From Chiloscyllium plagiosum (lineage: Eukaryota): 64,000 nucleotides of DNA. The notes below the pieces were generated by a model. That model did no database searches. It had not been told where the DNA came from and saw only the letters and a list, made by a program, of their open reading frames with translations. This document shows, in pieces, positions 1-12,494 of the stretch. Location of the stretch: assembly GCF_004010195.1 (NCBI RefSeq), contig NC_057734.1, forward strand, positions 9,464,938-9,528,937, read 5' to 3'. Position numbers and translations under genes: made by a program. Within the stretch, counting starts at the first letter, position 1, and every line of letters begins with the position of its first letter.

Positions 1-357
1 GGGAGTCCAGAACTAGAGGGCATAGGTTTAGGGTGAGAGGGGAAAGATATAAAAGAGACCTAAGGGGCAACTGTTTCACGCAGAGGGTGGTACGTGTATG
101 GAATGAGCTGCCAGAGGAAGTGGTGGAGGCTGGTACAATTGCAACATTTAAAAGGCATCTGGATAGGTATATGAATAGGAAGGGTTTGGAGGGATATGGG
201 CCGGGTGCTGGCAGGTGGGACTAGATTGGGTTGGGATATCTGATCGGCATGGACGGGTTGGACCGATGGTCTGTTTTGGGATATCTGATCGGCATGGACG
301 GGTTGGACCGAATGGTCTGTTTCCATGCTGTACATCTCTATGATTCTATGATTCTAA
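1..357 (+). mobile_element. 3' end of CR1/HER1-type LINE
   Basis: ORF 33-224 (FTQRVVRVWNELPEEVVEAGTIATFKRHLD) is the typical CR1 ORF2 C-terminus; ends in a (tctatgat)n tail; has an internal ~45-bp tandem duplication at ~231-320; same subfamily as 5375-5680. Confidence 0.9.
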
Positions 358-374
358 GTTTGCTCCATTACACA

Positions 375-780
375 AGACGTTTCTCAACCCCCTTTTTCTG
401 CCATCTCCCTGGAACCCTTAATCTCCTTATTAATCAATAACCTATCTATCCCCACCTTAAATACACTCAATGACTTGGTGTCCATAGCCGTGTTCCCTAA
501 TGGGTTCCACAGATTCACCACTCTCTGTCTAATGAAATTACTCCTTATCTCATTCTTTCACTTGGAGGCTGTGCCCTCAGGTCCTAGACTCTCCTATCAG
601 TGGAAAAATCTTCTGCACACCAGACCTCTCAGTATTCTGTATACTTTAATGAGATTCTCCCATAATCTTCTAAACTCCATCGAGTACAGACCCAGAGTCT
701 TCAATCGCTCCTCATATGACAAGCCCTTCATCCTCTGGACGCCCTCCAATGCCAGCACATCCTTCCTAAAATACAGGAAC
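375..780 (-). mobile_element. degenerate CR1 3' fragment
   Basis: reverse-strand CR1 ORF2 C-terminal-like sequence (ttccacagattcaccactctctg; ctaaactccatcgagtacagaccc). Confidence 0.7.
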
Positions 781-1060
781 CTTCTTTAGCCACTGCCCAA
801 ATGTATTAGTTCACTTATCCAGCAGCCCCTATGTCTGCTGCTGCTGATTCATGAGATAAGTATTTAATATTCAAATTTACCTTGCCAGCAGGCTCCCGCT
901 GCTGATAAAAGTTTGCTCTCTTCTGACTGTCCATACTCCAAATGTGATAATTCTTTGAAAGAACCAACATGGGTAGTTTGGCTTCCTTTTGTGTTGAAGG
1001 TTCAAATTATACAGTTGGTAGAATGTTTACGCATCACTAATTCACAATATGTTCCTGCAG

Positions 1061-1237
1061 GTTTTGATTCCTCGGATGACAGGCCAGCCACTTGATGAGA
1101 CAAAGCTGAACAAAGCTCTGGCTGAATTGAATGGAACCTTGGACATTTTAGAATCAATGTTTCTGAAGGACCAGGCCTTCCTCTGTGGTGATGAGATGAC
1201 ATTAGCTGATCTATTGGCCATCTGTGAACTGATGCAG
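1061..1237 (+). CDS. gstt2: glutathione S-transferase theta, copy A, exon 4
   Basis: ttcctgcag| acceptor, 177 nt VLIPRMTGQP...FLCGDEMTLADLLAICELMQ, |gtgagg donor; size and motif fit GSTT exon 4; exons 1-3 would lie upstream of the window; symbol refers to the fish gstt2-like lineage (recall). Confidence 0.9.
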
Positions 1238-2051
1238 GTGAGGTTCAAGAATGTTATACACACTGTCATCACCTAATTTTGTTGACGTTGATAAAACCAT
1301 AACAAAATTTGCAAAAGGAGAAATGGATAAAATGGTCCAAAGATGAAGAGTACATTTTTACCAATCCTTCCATTGTTTTGGAATTGAACTTCCACTGCAT
1401 ATCAACTTTGTCTCCTCTTACCATTTTAAGAGACAGACTCCATCCGTTGTGCCCACAATTTGTCATCAAAACTTGAACTACTGTACTGCACATTGATAAA
1501 TATTCTGGGTACATGTGAAGGGAAAAGGAAATAATTAGAGAAATCCTAGATCTATTCCTCCATTTTTTAAAAATGAATCTGAATTTAGGTCTGACCAGAA
1601 GCAGTATACCTTACAGATGTGACTGCAGCTGAAAGCATTAATTCCATTTTATTTATCCTTTAACTTTACATTAAGCAGAGATCATCCACTCCTGGCTAAG
1701 GATAAAATCAAACCTAGGTTCTACTGCTGGCACTTAGTGGTATGTTAGCAACCATCATGATGCTGCTGCACATGAGTTCTTAGATTCGCTGAATAACTCC
1801 ACGCTTTGAAAATTAAGGCTCAGCTACTGGAAGCCAAGTAAAAGTAATTTAAAAAGTCAAACTGATCTAAACAGGATCAGTTCTTTGTAAATATAAACTA
1901 AATCAATCTATGATTTACAGCTTTTGCTTCAAGCCTTTTCACAGTAATGCAGATGGGTAAAGAAATCAGGTCTTTCTACTCCTGTACTAAACTGACTGAA
2001 AATGTAACACAGATTAATTTACATTTTTGTTTTGTTTTTATATATATTCAG

Positions 2052-2192
2052 CCACTTGGAGCAAATCGTGACATATTGAAAGATCGTCCAAAATTGATCG
2101 CCTGGCGTAACAGAGTGCAGTCGGCACTGGGGAAAACATTTGATGATGTGCATTTTTTGCTTTATCAACTAAGAGATAAAGCTAGGCTTTAA
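2052..2192 (+). CDS. gstt2: glutathione S-transferase theta, copy A, exon 5 (last)
   Basis: tattcag| acceptor, PLGANRDILKDRPKLIAWRNRVQSALGKTFDDVHFLLYQLRDKARL then TAA. Confidence 0.9.
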   Translation, partial: PLGANRDILKDRPKLIAWRNRVQSALGKTFDDVHFLLYQLRDKARL

Positions 2193-2389
2193 AAGCTAAA
2201 CCATGTGGTATTTCAGAACAATAGATTCCTGCAAATTAGTCTGCTTAATGGGACTAAAATTAACCTATCAAAACCACATGCCTTTAAAGCATCATTTGAT
2301 TAGTAAAACATGGTCCAAGTAATATTAATAACCATACAATCAGTTAATGACAGCAAATCACTAATTTGGGGTAAAATTATACCAAGGCT

Positions 2390-5300
2390 CTGGGTCTGTG
2401 GATTGTGAAGGAGCAAAAATGGTCTTTAATAGAGTGATATGTATTTCTTGTCAGATGTGGGAGTTTAAAGAGAGTTTAAGGGTTACTGCTGATTATTTCT
2501 GCCATAAATGCTGCTGGTTGCAAATCTTATCAGATCGAATGGATCGGTTGGAGAGACAGTTAGAAGCAATGTGGAATTTGCAACAGCAACAGTATGTGAT
2601 GGATGGCAGTTATAGGAAGGGGTGAAAGTCTCAGATACAGTCATATAGATAGGTTAACTCCAGGAAAGGTAAGAGAGGAGGCAGCTAGTGCAGGAGTCTT
2701 TTGTGGATATACCCATTTTGAAGAGGTATGCTGTTTTGGAAAATGTTGGGGGTGATGGATTCTCAGGGGAACATAGCATGAACAGCCAAGTTTCTGGTAT
2801 GGAGACTGGCTCTAATGCAACGAGGGGTAAGTCGGGTTCCAAGAGATCAATTGTGTTAGGGGATTCTCTGGTTCGAGGTACAGACAGACGTTTCTGTGGC
2901 CAGTAGCGATAAAGCAGAATGGTGTGTTGTTTCCCTGGTGCCAGGATCAAGGATGTCTCAGAGAGGGTGCAGTATGTTCTCACGGGGGAGAGGGGCCAGC
3001 AAGAGGTCATTGTCCACATTGGAACCAACGACATAGGAAGGAAAAAGGTTGAGATTCTGAAAGGAAATTACAGAGAGTTAGGAAGAAATCTAAAAAGGAG
3101 GTCCTCGAGAGTAGTAATATCTGGATTACTCCCAGTGCTACGAGCTAGTGAGGGCAGGAATAGGAGAATAGAGCAGATGAATGCATGGCTGAGGAGCTGG
3201 TGTATGGGAGAAGGATTCACATTTTTGGATGATTGGAATCCCTTTTGGGGTNNNNNNNNNNNNNNNNNNNNNNNNNNATAGTGAGGAAAGAGATCAATCT
3301 GAGACTGGTAGAGTTGAGAACAGAAGTGAGTCAAACAGTCAGGGCAGGCAGGGACAAGGTAGGACTAATAAATTAAATTGCATTTATTTCAATGCAAGGG
3401 GCCTAACAGGGAAGGCAGATGAACTCAGGGGCATGGCTAGGAACAGGGGCTGGGATATCATAGCAATTACAGAAACATGGCTCAGGGATGGGTAGGACTG
3501 GCAGCTTAATGTTCCAGGATACAAGTGCTACAGGAAGGATAGAAAGGGAGGCAAGTGAGGAAAAGGAGTGGTATTTTTGATAAGGGATAGCATTACAGCT
3601 GTGCTGAGGGAGGATGTTCCTGGAAATACATCCAGGGAAGTTATTTGGGTGGAACTGAGAAATAAGAAAGGGATGACCACTTTATTGGGATTGTATTATA
3701 GACCCCCCAATAGTCAGAGGGAAATTGAGAAACAAACTTGTAAGGAGATCTCAGCTATCTGTAAGAATAATAGGGTAGTTATGGTAGGGGATTTTAACTT
3801 TCCCAACATCGACTGGGACTGACATAGTGTTAAGGGCTTAGATGGAGAGGAATTTGTTAAGTGCATACAAGACAATTTTCTGATTCGGTATGTAGATGTA
3901 CCTACTAGAGAAGGTGCAAAACTTGACTTACTCTTGGGAAATAAGGCAGGGCAGGTGACTGAGGTGTCAGTGGGGGAGCACTTTGGGGCCAGTGACCATA
4001 ATTCTATTTGCTTTAAAATAGTGATGGAAAAGGATAGACCAGATCTAAAAGTTGAAGTTCTAAATTGGAGAAAGGCCAATTTTGATGGTATTAGGCAAGA
4101 ACTTTTGAAAGCTGATTGGGGGCAGATGTTCACTGGTAAAGGGACAACTGGAAAATGGAAAGCCCTCAGAAATGAGATAATGAGAATCCAGGGAAAGTAT
4201 ATTCCTGTTAGGGTGAAAGGAAAGGGTGGTGGGTATAGGGAATGCTGGATGACTAAAGAAATTGAGGGTTTGGTTAAGAAAAAGAAGGAAGCATATGTAT
4301 GGTATAGACAGGATAGATCAAGTGAATCCTTAGAAGAGTATAAAGGAAGTAGGAGCATACTTAAGAGTGAAATCAGGAGGGCAAAAAGTGGACATGAGAT
4401 AGCTCTAGAACTCTGTGGAAAGCGAGAGAAGTGATTGCTGGGCCTCTTGCTGAGATATTTGTATCATCGATAGTCACAGGTGAGGTGCCAGAAGACTGGA
4501 GGTTGGCTAACGTGGTGCCACTGTTAAGAAGGGTGGTAAGGACAAGCCAGGGAACTATAGACCAGTGAGCCTGAAGTTGGTGGTGGGCAAGTTGTTGGAG
4601 GGAATCCTAAGGGACAGGGTGTACATGTGTTTGGAAAGGCAAGGACTGATTAGGGATAGTCAACATGGTTTTATGCATGGGAAATCATGTCTCACAAACT
4701 TGATTGAGTTTTTTGAGGAAGTAACAACGAGGATTGATGAGAGCAGAGCAGTAGATGTGATCTATATGATCTTCAGTAAGGCATTCCACAGGTTCCCCAT
4801 GGAAGACTGGTTAGCAAGGTTAGATTTCATGGAATACAGGGAGAACTAGACATTTGGATACAGAACTGGCTCAAAGGTAGAAGACAGAGGGTTGTGGTGG
4901 AGGGTTGTTTTTCAGACTGGAGGCCTGTAACCAGTCGAGTTCCACAAGGATCGGTGCCGGGTCCTCTACTTTTTGTCATTTACATAAATGATTTTGATGC
5001 GAGCATAAGAGGTACAGTTAGTAAGTTTGCTGGTGACACCAAAATTGGAGGTGTAGTGGAGAGCAAAGAGGGTTACCTCAGATTACAACAGGATCTGGAC
5101 CAGATGGGCCAATGGGCTGAGAAGTGGCAGATGGAGTTTAATTCAGATAAATGCAAGGTGCTGCGTTTTGGGGAAAGATGTTGTGAAACCTGAAGGGGTT
5201 CAGAAAAGATTTACAAGTATGTTGCCAGGGTTGGAGGATTTGAGCTATAGGGAGAGGCTGAACAAGCTGGGGCTGTTTTCCCTGGAGCGTCAGAGGCTGA

Positions 5301-5680
5301 GGAGTGACCTTATAGAGGTTTACAAAATTATGAGGGGCATGGATCGGGTAAATAAGCAAAGTCTTTTCCCTGGGGTCGGGGAGTCCAGAACTAGAGGGCA
5401 TAGGTTAAGGGTGAGAGGTGAAAGATATAAAAGTGACCTATGGGGCAACTTTTTCACACAGAGAGTGGTACTTGTTTGGAATGAGCTGCCAGAGGAAGTG
5501 GTGGAGGATGGTACAACTGCAACATTTAAGAGGCATTTGGATGGGTATATGAATAGGAAGGGTTTGGAAGGTATTGGGCCGGGTGCTGGCGCGTGGAACT
5601 AGACTGGGTTGGGATATCTGATTGGCATGGAGGGGTTGGACCGAAGGGTCTGTTTCCATGCTGTACATCCCAATGACTCC
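2390..5680 (+). mobile_element. long, internally deleted and frameshifted CR1 LINE (ORF1 zinc finger + SGNH esterase; ORF2 APE endonuclease + RT)
   Basis: ORF1 motifs CISC..CHKC, GDSLVRG, CFPGARI, VHIGTND; ORF2 motifs YFNARGL, ITETWL, YYRPP, GDFNFP, SDH, PQGSVPGP, FAGD; CR1 tail at 5680; absent from the paralogous site (accaaggct-aaact-atacattcaa, ~18997-19020); N gap 3252-3277. Confidence 0.95.
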
Positions 5681-7222
5681 ATACATTCAAACCCACCTTG
5701 CAAAAGGAACTTAGGAGTGTTGTTGGAAGCAATCTTAATTTCTCAGACATAATCACTGTAGCAATACAGTCCCTCCATAAATAAGATCTTCATCTGCTCC
5801 AGGCACCAAGCAGAGTAGCAATTTCCACATGGCATCACCAAGTGGACTATGCCACTTTACTATAGATTAGAAGTCCCATGGTTTTGTCATCTCCAAGTGG
5901 GCACTGGGAGTGTCCTTGGGATTTAACAAACTCTGATTCATATACTTTAAAGTACAAAAGAACTGCTAATCTTCCTCTTTTCTGTCTAGCTGAGGCAAGT
6001 GAATATAAAGCCTCTGATCCAAATAGAAAAAATCCAAGTCTCATAACATTTTTTGTTAATTCAGATCCCATCAATGACCATTGCACTAGTCAATCAGCGA
6101 CAACCTGGAAACATCTGGTACTTGTCTAACATCAGAACTCTTGCTTCCTCCCACTCCTCCCTCTACGACAAATCGCCCCCAAGTGGACAACAGACCACTG
6201 GACATTTGGGCTCTGTTCCATGCAAGCATCACAGTGCTCTTCACTGAAAACAGGCACACCACACGTTAAACAGAGGTCAAGGACTACAACAGAGTCTGAA
6301 TTTCTGGCACATGGTTCAGACAGGATAAAATTCTCAGTAAGAACTTCTCAGTAGCTTCTGGTCAAATGTTGAGAGTTCCTCCACTCTATATCACAGACAT
6401 CTTTCAGTGTTTCGTTAAGACATTAAAGTTGAACAGCTTGTAATAAGCCAGGGATTTTAATGCCACCATGATTGGGCAGGCTCATTAGTCACCGAAAATC
6501 AACAATATTGAATCCAACTCCTCGGTGAGAAGACCAACAGTGCCAAATAATAGTGATCTAAAGTATTCATCTTTTGAAGTATTCTAATCCCGATCCATCC
6601 TATGCAACCTTTAAAACATCCTCTCATTGAATCAATTAGCTGTAGTAATGAAGATTTTAAATGGCTTATCACGTGGTATAATGTGAAATTATAATGTGAT
6701 ATCAAGAAACAACCTGATCAAAGTACTTGCAGCAATTAATTTAATATGAGGTAAACAGATTCCCCCAATCAATTCATAATAAAATGTATAATTCTTGTAA
6801 ATCATTTATTGAATTTTGTACAAAATATTTTGTCAGCTTTGATTTATAAAACAAGTTTTTATGTAAACCATCTTCCCTAACTATACAGTGAATGAAAGTC
6901 ATCCAGAACCACAGATGAAATTAGCTGCTGAGACACTTGAAGGTTCACTGATGCCCAATTATAAGGTTTGTCAATATCAAAAATTCCTTGTTAGCAGGGG
7001 TGACAGGCAGTCAGGTTAATGAATTACAGAAGCAAGAGCATAGCACTAAATATTTAGTGAACCTCTATTCTGAGCTTGTTCACAGAATACAGTGTAAACC
7101 AAAGTCGAAGGCTGGAAGTAGACATGCCCATTTTGGTGAACCATTGGATCCAATAACCACGAATACAAACAGAACCAAGAGGTACATATCCGAATATAAA
7201 TGGAAAAGCCTTGATTTGTACT

Positions 7223-7490
7223 TCTCCCCTAAACCTTCCTCCAATTACCTTAAAATTATGCCCCCTCGTAATAGCCATTTCCATCATGGGAAAAAGTCTC
7301 TGTGTATCCACTCTATCTATGCCTCTAAACATCTTGTACACCTCTATCAAGTCACCTCTCATTCTTCTTCACTCCGATGAGAAAAGCCCTAGCTCCCTCA
7401 ACCTTTCTTCATAAGACATGCCCTCCAATCCAAGCAGCATCCTGGTAAATCTCCTCTGCACCCTCTCTAAAGCTTCCACATCCTTACTAT
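7223..7490 (-). mobile_element. CR1 ORF2 3' fragment
   Basis: ORF 7054-7362(-) begins RGDLIEVYKMFRGIDRVD...TRGHNFKVIGGRFRG. Confidence 0.85.
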
Positions 7491-7491
7491 A

Positions 7492-8025
7492 ATGGAAATG
7501 GACTCAATATCGAGTTCAACAATTTCAGACTTTAAGGCACACTATCCTGTGTCCTTTTACCCCAAACCCCACACACCAGGCCTTGTTGTCACATGGTCTG
7601 CTTTTCCACACACTCCATTGTTAGCCGCTAACAGTCCCCATCCACAGCCATTCATTCTCCTCGGCTATTATCCACTCCTTGGTCCAACTGTTCTTTTCTC
7701 TCTATGGGCTCTATCTTGACCTATTGTTTCCTCCTTACTCCCTACTTCCACCCTATCTTCTACAAAAAAAAACTTATTCCAACATATAATTTCTGAAGAA
7801 CGGTCACTCAACCTAAACCATTAATTCTAAATTCTCTACAAACATGCTGCCAGACCTGCTGTGGTTTACAAGCAATTTCTGTTTATTGTTTGGCTCCCTA
7901 GATGACTTGGGTTCAAATCCCACCCATGTACTACAATATTTAGATGTCCAACACAAAGCAAAACAGAAATTGCTGGAGAAGCTCAGCAGGTCTGGCTGCA
8001 GCTGTGGAGAGAAATCAGAGTTAAT
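7492..8025 (+). mobile_element. Penelope-like (Neptune-type) 3' fragment with an inverted terminal segment
   Basis: ggactcaatatcgagttcaacaatttc (GLNIEFNNF, end of GIY-YIG domain), then gctgccagacctgctg...gcaatttctgttt with its inverse at ~7960-8025. Confidence 0.65.
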
Positions 8026-8333
8026 GGTTCCAATCGTAAAAGTACAACGTGGTGTGAGATGGGGGGAGCGGGAGACAAGCCAGTGCATAGAGCCTGGCAA
8101 TCACACCCGATAATAATAAAAAGTTTAATACTTGGGATAATTTTGCCTGGGTGAATTGTGTCTGCGCTCTACAGCGGGGACTGTATCGGTGTGGCAGCTG
8201 TCGATTGTATCGCTCCCTCTGCAGCTTTTGATTGGCCGCTTGTTGGTTACATTGTATCAAGCTCCATGTAGCAAGTTGCGAGAGTGGGTGCGCTGTTGTG
8301 TGTGTACTCTGTTAGCTGCTCCATTCTCCCCCC

Positions 8334-8457
8334 ATGGCTTCTCGGCTCCCCTTACGAGTGTACTTCGACCTGTTGTCCCAGCCCTCCAGGGCCGTCTTGA
8401 TCTTCCTCAGACGCACCGGAATCCCGCATGTAGAAAAACCCGTGGCCCTCCGGAAGG
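8334..8457 (+). CDS. gstt2: glutathione S-transferase theta, copy B, exon 1
   Basis: ccATGG start; MASRLPLRVYFDLLSQPSRAVLIFLRRTGIPHVEKPVALRKG with the theta-class catalytic Ser motif LLSQPSRAV; donor G|gtaag; CpG-rich context, ATTGG at 8231. Confidence 0.93.
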
Positions 8458-8785
8458 GTAAGCAAAAGGAAATCGCTCGCATTCCTGCCAAACAGGGGCT
8501 GGGGTAAATCCAGTGCCTTCCCCTCCACCCTCTTCCTCCCCTACATGCACAGTTTCTAACATTAGGTGTGAGCTTTTTTTTTTCAGATGTCACAATCGTG
8601 TAAATAACGTCAGTTGGTGAATTTGTACAGCCGAGTTCAGAGGCAAAGTTAAGCGATACAGAGGGATCGTGGTTAGCCCAGAAGTGAGGAGGGAAACAAC
8701 CAGCGGCAGGAGTTCAAACCCTACGACAGGAGTTGGAGAATTTCAGTTCGGTTACTTAAATAAATCTGCGATTTAAATTATTAAA

Positions 8786-9070
8786 CAGTGGCTCAGTGGT
8801 TAGCACTGCTGCCTCACAGTACCAGGTTCGATTCCAGCCTTGGGTCTGTGTGGAGTTTGGACGTTCTCCCCGTGTCTGCGTGGGTTTCCTCCGGGTGCTC
8901 CAGTTTCCTCCCACAGTCCAAAGATGTGCAGATCAGGTGAATTGGCCATGCTAAATTTCCCCATAGTGTTATGTCAGTTAGTCAGAGGGGAAATGGGTCT
9001 GGATGGATTACTCTTCGGAGGGTCGGTGTGGACTAGTTGGGCCGAAAGACCTGTAGGGAATCTAATCTAA
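8786..9070 (+). mobile_element. tRNA-derived V-SINE (HE1-like)
   Basis: A-box gtggctcagtggttagcac, B-box ggttcgattcc, V-domain ctgcgtgggtttcctccgggtgctcc, (aatct)n tail; appears inserted into an older SINE (~8660-9140). Confidence 0.85.
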
Positions 9071-9279
9071 TAATAGATCCTTGTAAAAATCCATCTGGTT
9101 CCTTATGGAAGAAGTGCTGCTATTCTTACCCATTGAACTGGCCATGTATTTGTAACGGCTTCAACAAAAAAAACTAACATTAAAATCAGACAGACTGCCC
9201 CACTGTGATCAATGCAGAGTCCTAGAGATTTGCACCAAAACTTGAATTATGAATGTCACATGTACTTAAGTACAGTGAA

Positions 9280-10215
9280 AACTTTTGTGTGCAGTACAGG
9301 CAGTTCACATTATACAAAGACCATTGGACAGAGTGAGAAATACCAAGTTACAGCTGCAAAGAATATGCACAAAAAGCAAGGTCAGCAATAGATTTGAAAT
9401 TTAAAAGATCCATTCAGAAGTTTAATAACAGCGAGGCAGAAGCTGTTCTTGAACCTGTTGGTACATGGGTTTAAGTTTTTGCCTTAAGGAAGAGGTTGGA
9501 AGAGCTTATAACTGGGGAGGGAGGACCTTTGATAATGTTGGCTGCTTTTCTGAGAGAATGGAGGGGTGTAGATGGAGTCAATAGATGGAAAGTTAGCTAG
9601 TGTGATGGATGAAACTGTGTTCATAACTCTCTGTAGTTTCTTCCGATCCTGGGCACAGCAGTTGCCATACCAAGCCATGACGCATGCAGATTGAACATTA
9701 TCAATGGTGCATCAATAAAAGATGGTGGGAGGCCTCACAGACGTGATGAAGTTTCTTAGACTCCTGAGGATGAGGAGGCATTTTTGTGCCGTCTTGACCC
9801 TCTCACTAAATGGGTGGTCAAGGATAGATTGTTGGTGATCGTCGCTCCTTTCCACCTCACCTCCACTGATGTAGACAGGGACTGGCCCTCCAACTTGCTT
9901 CCTGAAGTCAACAATCAGCTCGTTAGTTTCGCTGACTTAGAGGGAAAGGATGTTAACTTTAAACCGCATCATCAAACTCTCTCTTTCCTGTGTTCTATCA
10001 TGCCATTGTTTGATATCCAGCCTACAGCAGCGGTTTCATCAGCAAACTCGTGGATGGAGTTAGGACAAGATTTGGCTCCATGGTCATGAGTGCACAGGGA
10101 GTACTGTAGGGGGCTGCGAACACATCCTCATGGGCCCACTCGTGGAGGAGGTGCTGCTGTCTATTCTCACTGATTGCAGTCTGTGGGTCAGGAGATCAAC
10201 GATCCAGTTGCAGAA
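9280..10215 (-). mobile_element. Rex1/Babar-like LINE fragment
   Basis: ORF 9484-9678(-) AWYGNCCAQDRKKLQRVMNTVSSIT..PSIDSIY resembles the Rex1/Babar RT C-terminal region. Confidence 0.75.
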
Positions 10216-10599
10216 GGAATGTTATGTCAACTTGAACTTGAGAGCATTATGTCAAGTAACAAAATACAATGTCATACAGCATCACGCCTTTCGGCCAAAG
10301 CTCAAAATTTCTCCTTTGGCAAAATTGTCCACAGTTCAAAGTCCTCCAGATTCACTACATACTATATTTGGGTGGAGAAATGGGCAGGCTTAGCATGCGG
10401 TCCACATGGAGATGGTTGAGCCATCTCTGGACTGTGATAGACTAATTAGACATATTTACAAAAACTGTGTAACTTGTATCTATTGCTATTCTTGCAATAA
10501 CGTACATTTTATGTAAAACATGTACTTCTTCCCATTAAGATTCAACAGTACTTTACCCTCTAACACTGCTAATGAGAAAGTTCCTCAGATTAAGTGATG

Positions 10600-10825
10600 G
10601 GGTTGGTTAAATTAGTGGATGGATGGCTGGTTTGTTATCAAGAGTGACACCAAAAGTGTGGGTTCAATTCCAGCACTGGTCGAGGTTATCATGAAGGAAA
10701 TGCCTCAAACCTCTCCCCTCACCTGAGGTGTGGTGATCCTCATGTTAAATCACCACCAGTCATCTCTGTCTCTATTGAGGGAGCCACTGTATGCTCTGGT
10801 GGGACTATAGTGACTTTACCTTTTT
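10600..10825 (+). mobile_element. tRNA-derived SINE (second family)
   Basis: ggttcaattcc B-box followed by cccctcacctgaggtgtggtgatcctca; related inverse copy at ~59900-60060. Confidence 0.6.
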
Positions 10826-11542
10826 TTTTTAAAAGAGCTGGTATGAGCTAGAGGTCTGGTTTCAAGTCCCATCTGTCACATCATGTCGAAACACATTGAC
10901 TAAATTACAAATAATTTGGAAATGAAGATATCTGGAGCACTCTACCCCAACTACAAGCCACTAGTAGTTAGGACTGCAACATACAGCACTATCCTTTGTC
11001 AACTAGTGAGTCATTATCAATCTAATGGTGAACATCACTTGGAATAAAGGCTATTTGTAGTTGTGCTGACCCTTTAAACAAATTATCCTTTCTCCCTAAC
11101 TTTGTTTAAAAAAAATCTATTCACTCTTTTGAAATTTAGTTTCGAATCTGCTTCCTTGCAGCTGTGCATTCCGCACCCTTCGTTCCTATCCACTTGGTTT
11201 ACTTTGGTAGAATGTTATGGCTTAATATCACCATTATCTGAACCATTTAAATGTTTGTTAAAATTCTGTAAGTTGCCTTTCTTTCTGATCTGTGGAGGAG
11301 TAGAACACGTTTTGCAAAAATGTAAAATATCTTGGATCAGTCGTCCTCAAATTTGGTTGAAACTGTAGAAAATGTAACCAAAATCAAGGAAAACGAGCCA
11401 GAGATGTGGCTATGGAGGAGACAAAGTTCACTGCAGATCTACTAGAAAATTCATTGACATTACCCTGATGCCTTTGCTCTGTCCATTTTTCTTTATAATA
11501 TCATTGATTCAGAGTTAATCTTTATCAGGTTTATTTGAACAG

Positions 11543-11630
11543 GTGAACAGAGGAGCCCAGAATTCACGAAACTCAATCCAAATCAGAAAGTGCCAGTTAT
11601 TGTGGACAATGGATTTGTTCTGACTGAGAG
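11543..11630 (+). CDS. gstt2: GSTT copy B exon 2
   Basis: aacag| 88 nt (G)EQRSPEFTKLNPNQKVPVIVDNGFVLTE(S) |gtgagg; KVP cis-Pro and LTES G-site motifs; phases match neighbouring exons. Confidence 0.95.
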
Positions 11631-12494
11631 GTGAGGCTTTTATTTACTTCAATATAAAAAAACTGAATTCTCCTTCCTTTTCTGGAAGAGTTTGTATTGT
11701 TGTAGTAAACATGAAAAGCAGTCTTCTTAAGTGAAAGGCTAGTGAGTTAGTTTAGACGGCGTGCTTTACAGCACTACCCAACCTACACTTTTCTGGTTCG
11801 TGCCTAATTGCCCACAAAACTATGAGATAATCACTTGTTCATGCAATGGAATATTTTAAAAGTGCTTTATTAATGCAAGCCGTTGCTTTAGGTACATTAG
11901 TAACCATTATAATGGTTGTGCTCTCAGGTGCTTCTTGGTCTCTGTCCCAGAACTACAGCTGATGTTAACGTATCCATCTTAATGGTTTTAAAGTAGGAGT
12001 TAGAAAGCTTTTTTTTTAAACAACATATAAAAGCCTCATGTTTGCAGGTGAAAAGCAAGAATCAGAAAATCACAGTTTTGAAATTTCAAAGAGAAGTTCA
12101 TAGTACAGTGAGTCTTAATCACAATCAAAAGCAAGGCTTAGTACTGTATATCTTTGGTAAAGAACATTGAGTTCCTCTCCCACAGTCTTCAATAAGATAC
12201 ATAACACAGTCCATTCTTTAGAATTCCTTTTTTTTTCTTTAGGTCTTCAGTCTCCCATGTACATTACATCAGATGATATACATTGGGGTTGCTTAAGTAT
12301 GTCCTACATATAATATTAAATTTGGAGTCAAACAGCATCAAAGTCATGAATGCTGAAAGTTGGTCATTAAAGCCAAAACTTGGTTTTAAATAGTTTGAGG
12401 GGAGACCATCAATCCTTTGTACATTCTTATGGTGAAATAACAGCAAAAAAAACCTGCATGACACAAAAACGCAGCTTACCAATGTGCAACTGGT

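Noticed and set aside
231-320. Direct repeats resembling a CRISPR repeat pair (also 20843-20905 and 27447-27486)
   Set aside because: Two-copy tandem duplications with no spacers or cas genes, in vertebrate DNA
3714-4358. 214-aa minus-strand ORF
   Set aside because: Antisense to CR1 ORF2
1061-7222. GSTT duplication as a pure haplotype or assembly artefact
   Set aside because: Flanks are too diverged for alleles and each copy has its own insertions; only the near-identical core could be affected by collapse
8786-8840. tRNA gene-like A and B boxes (also ~31690-31750, 46930-46990, 62400-62443)
   Set aside because: These are SINE heads; no complete cloverleaf, and SINE body follows
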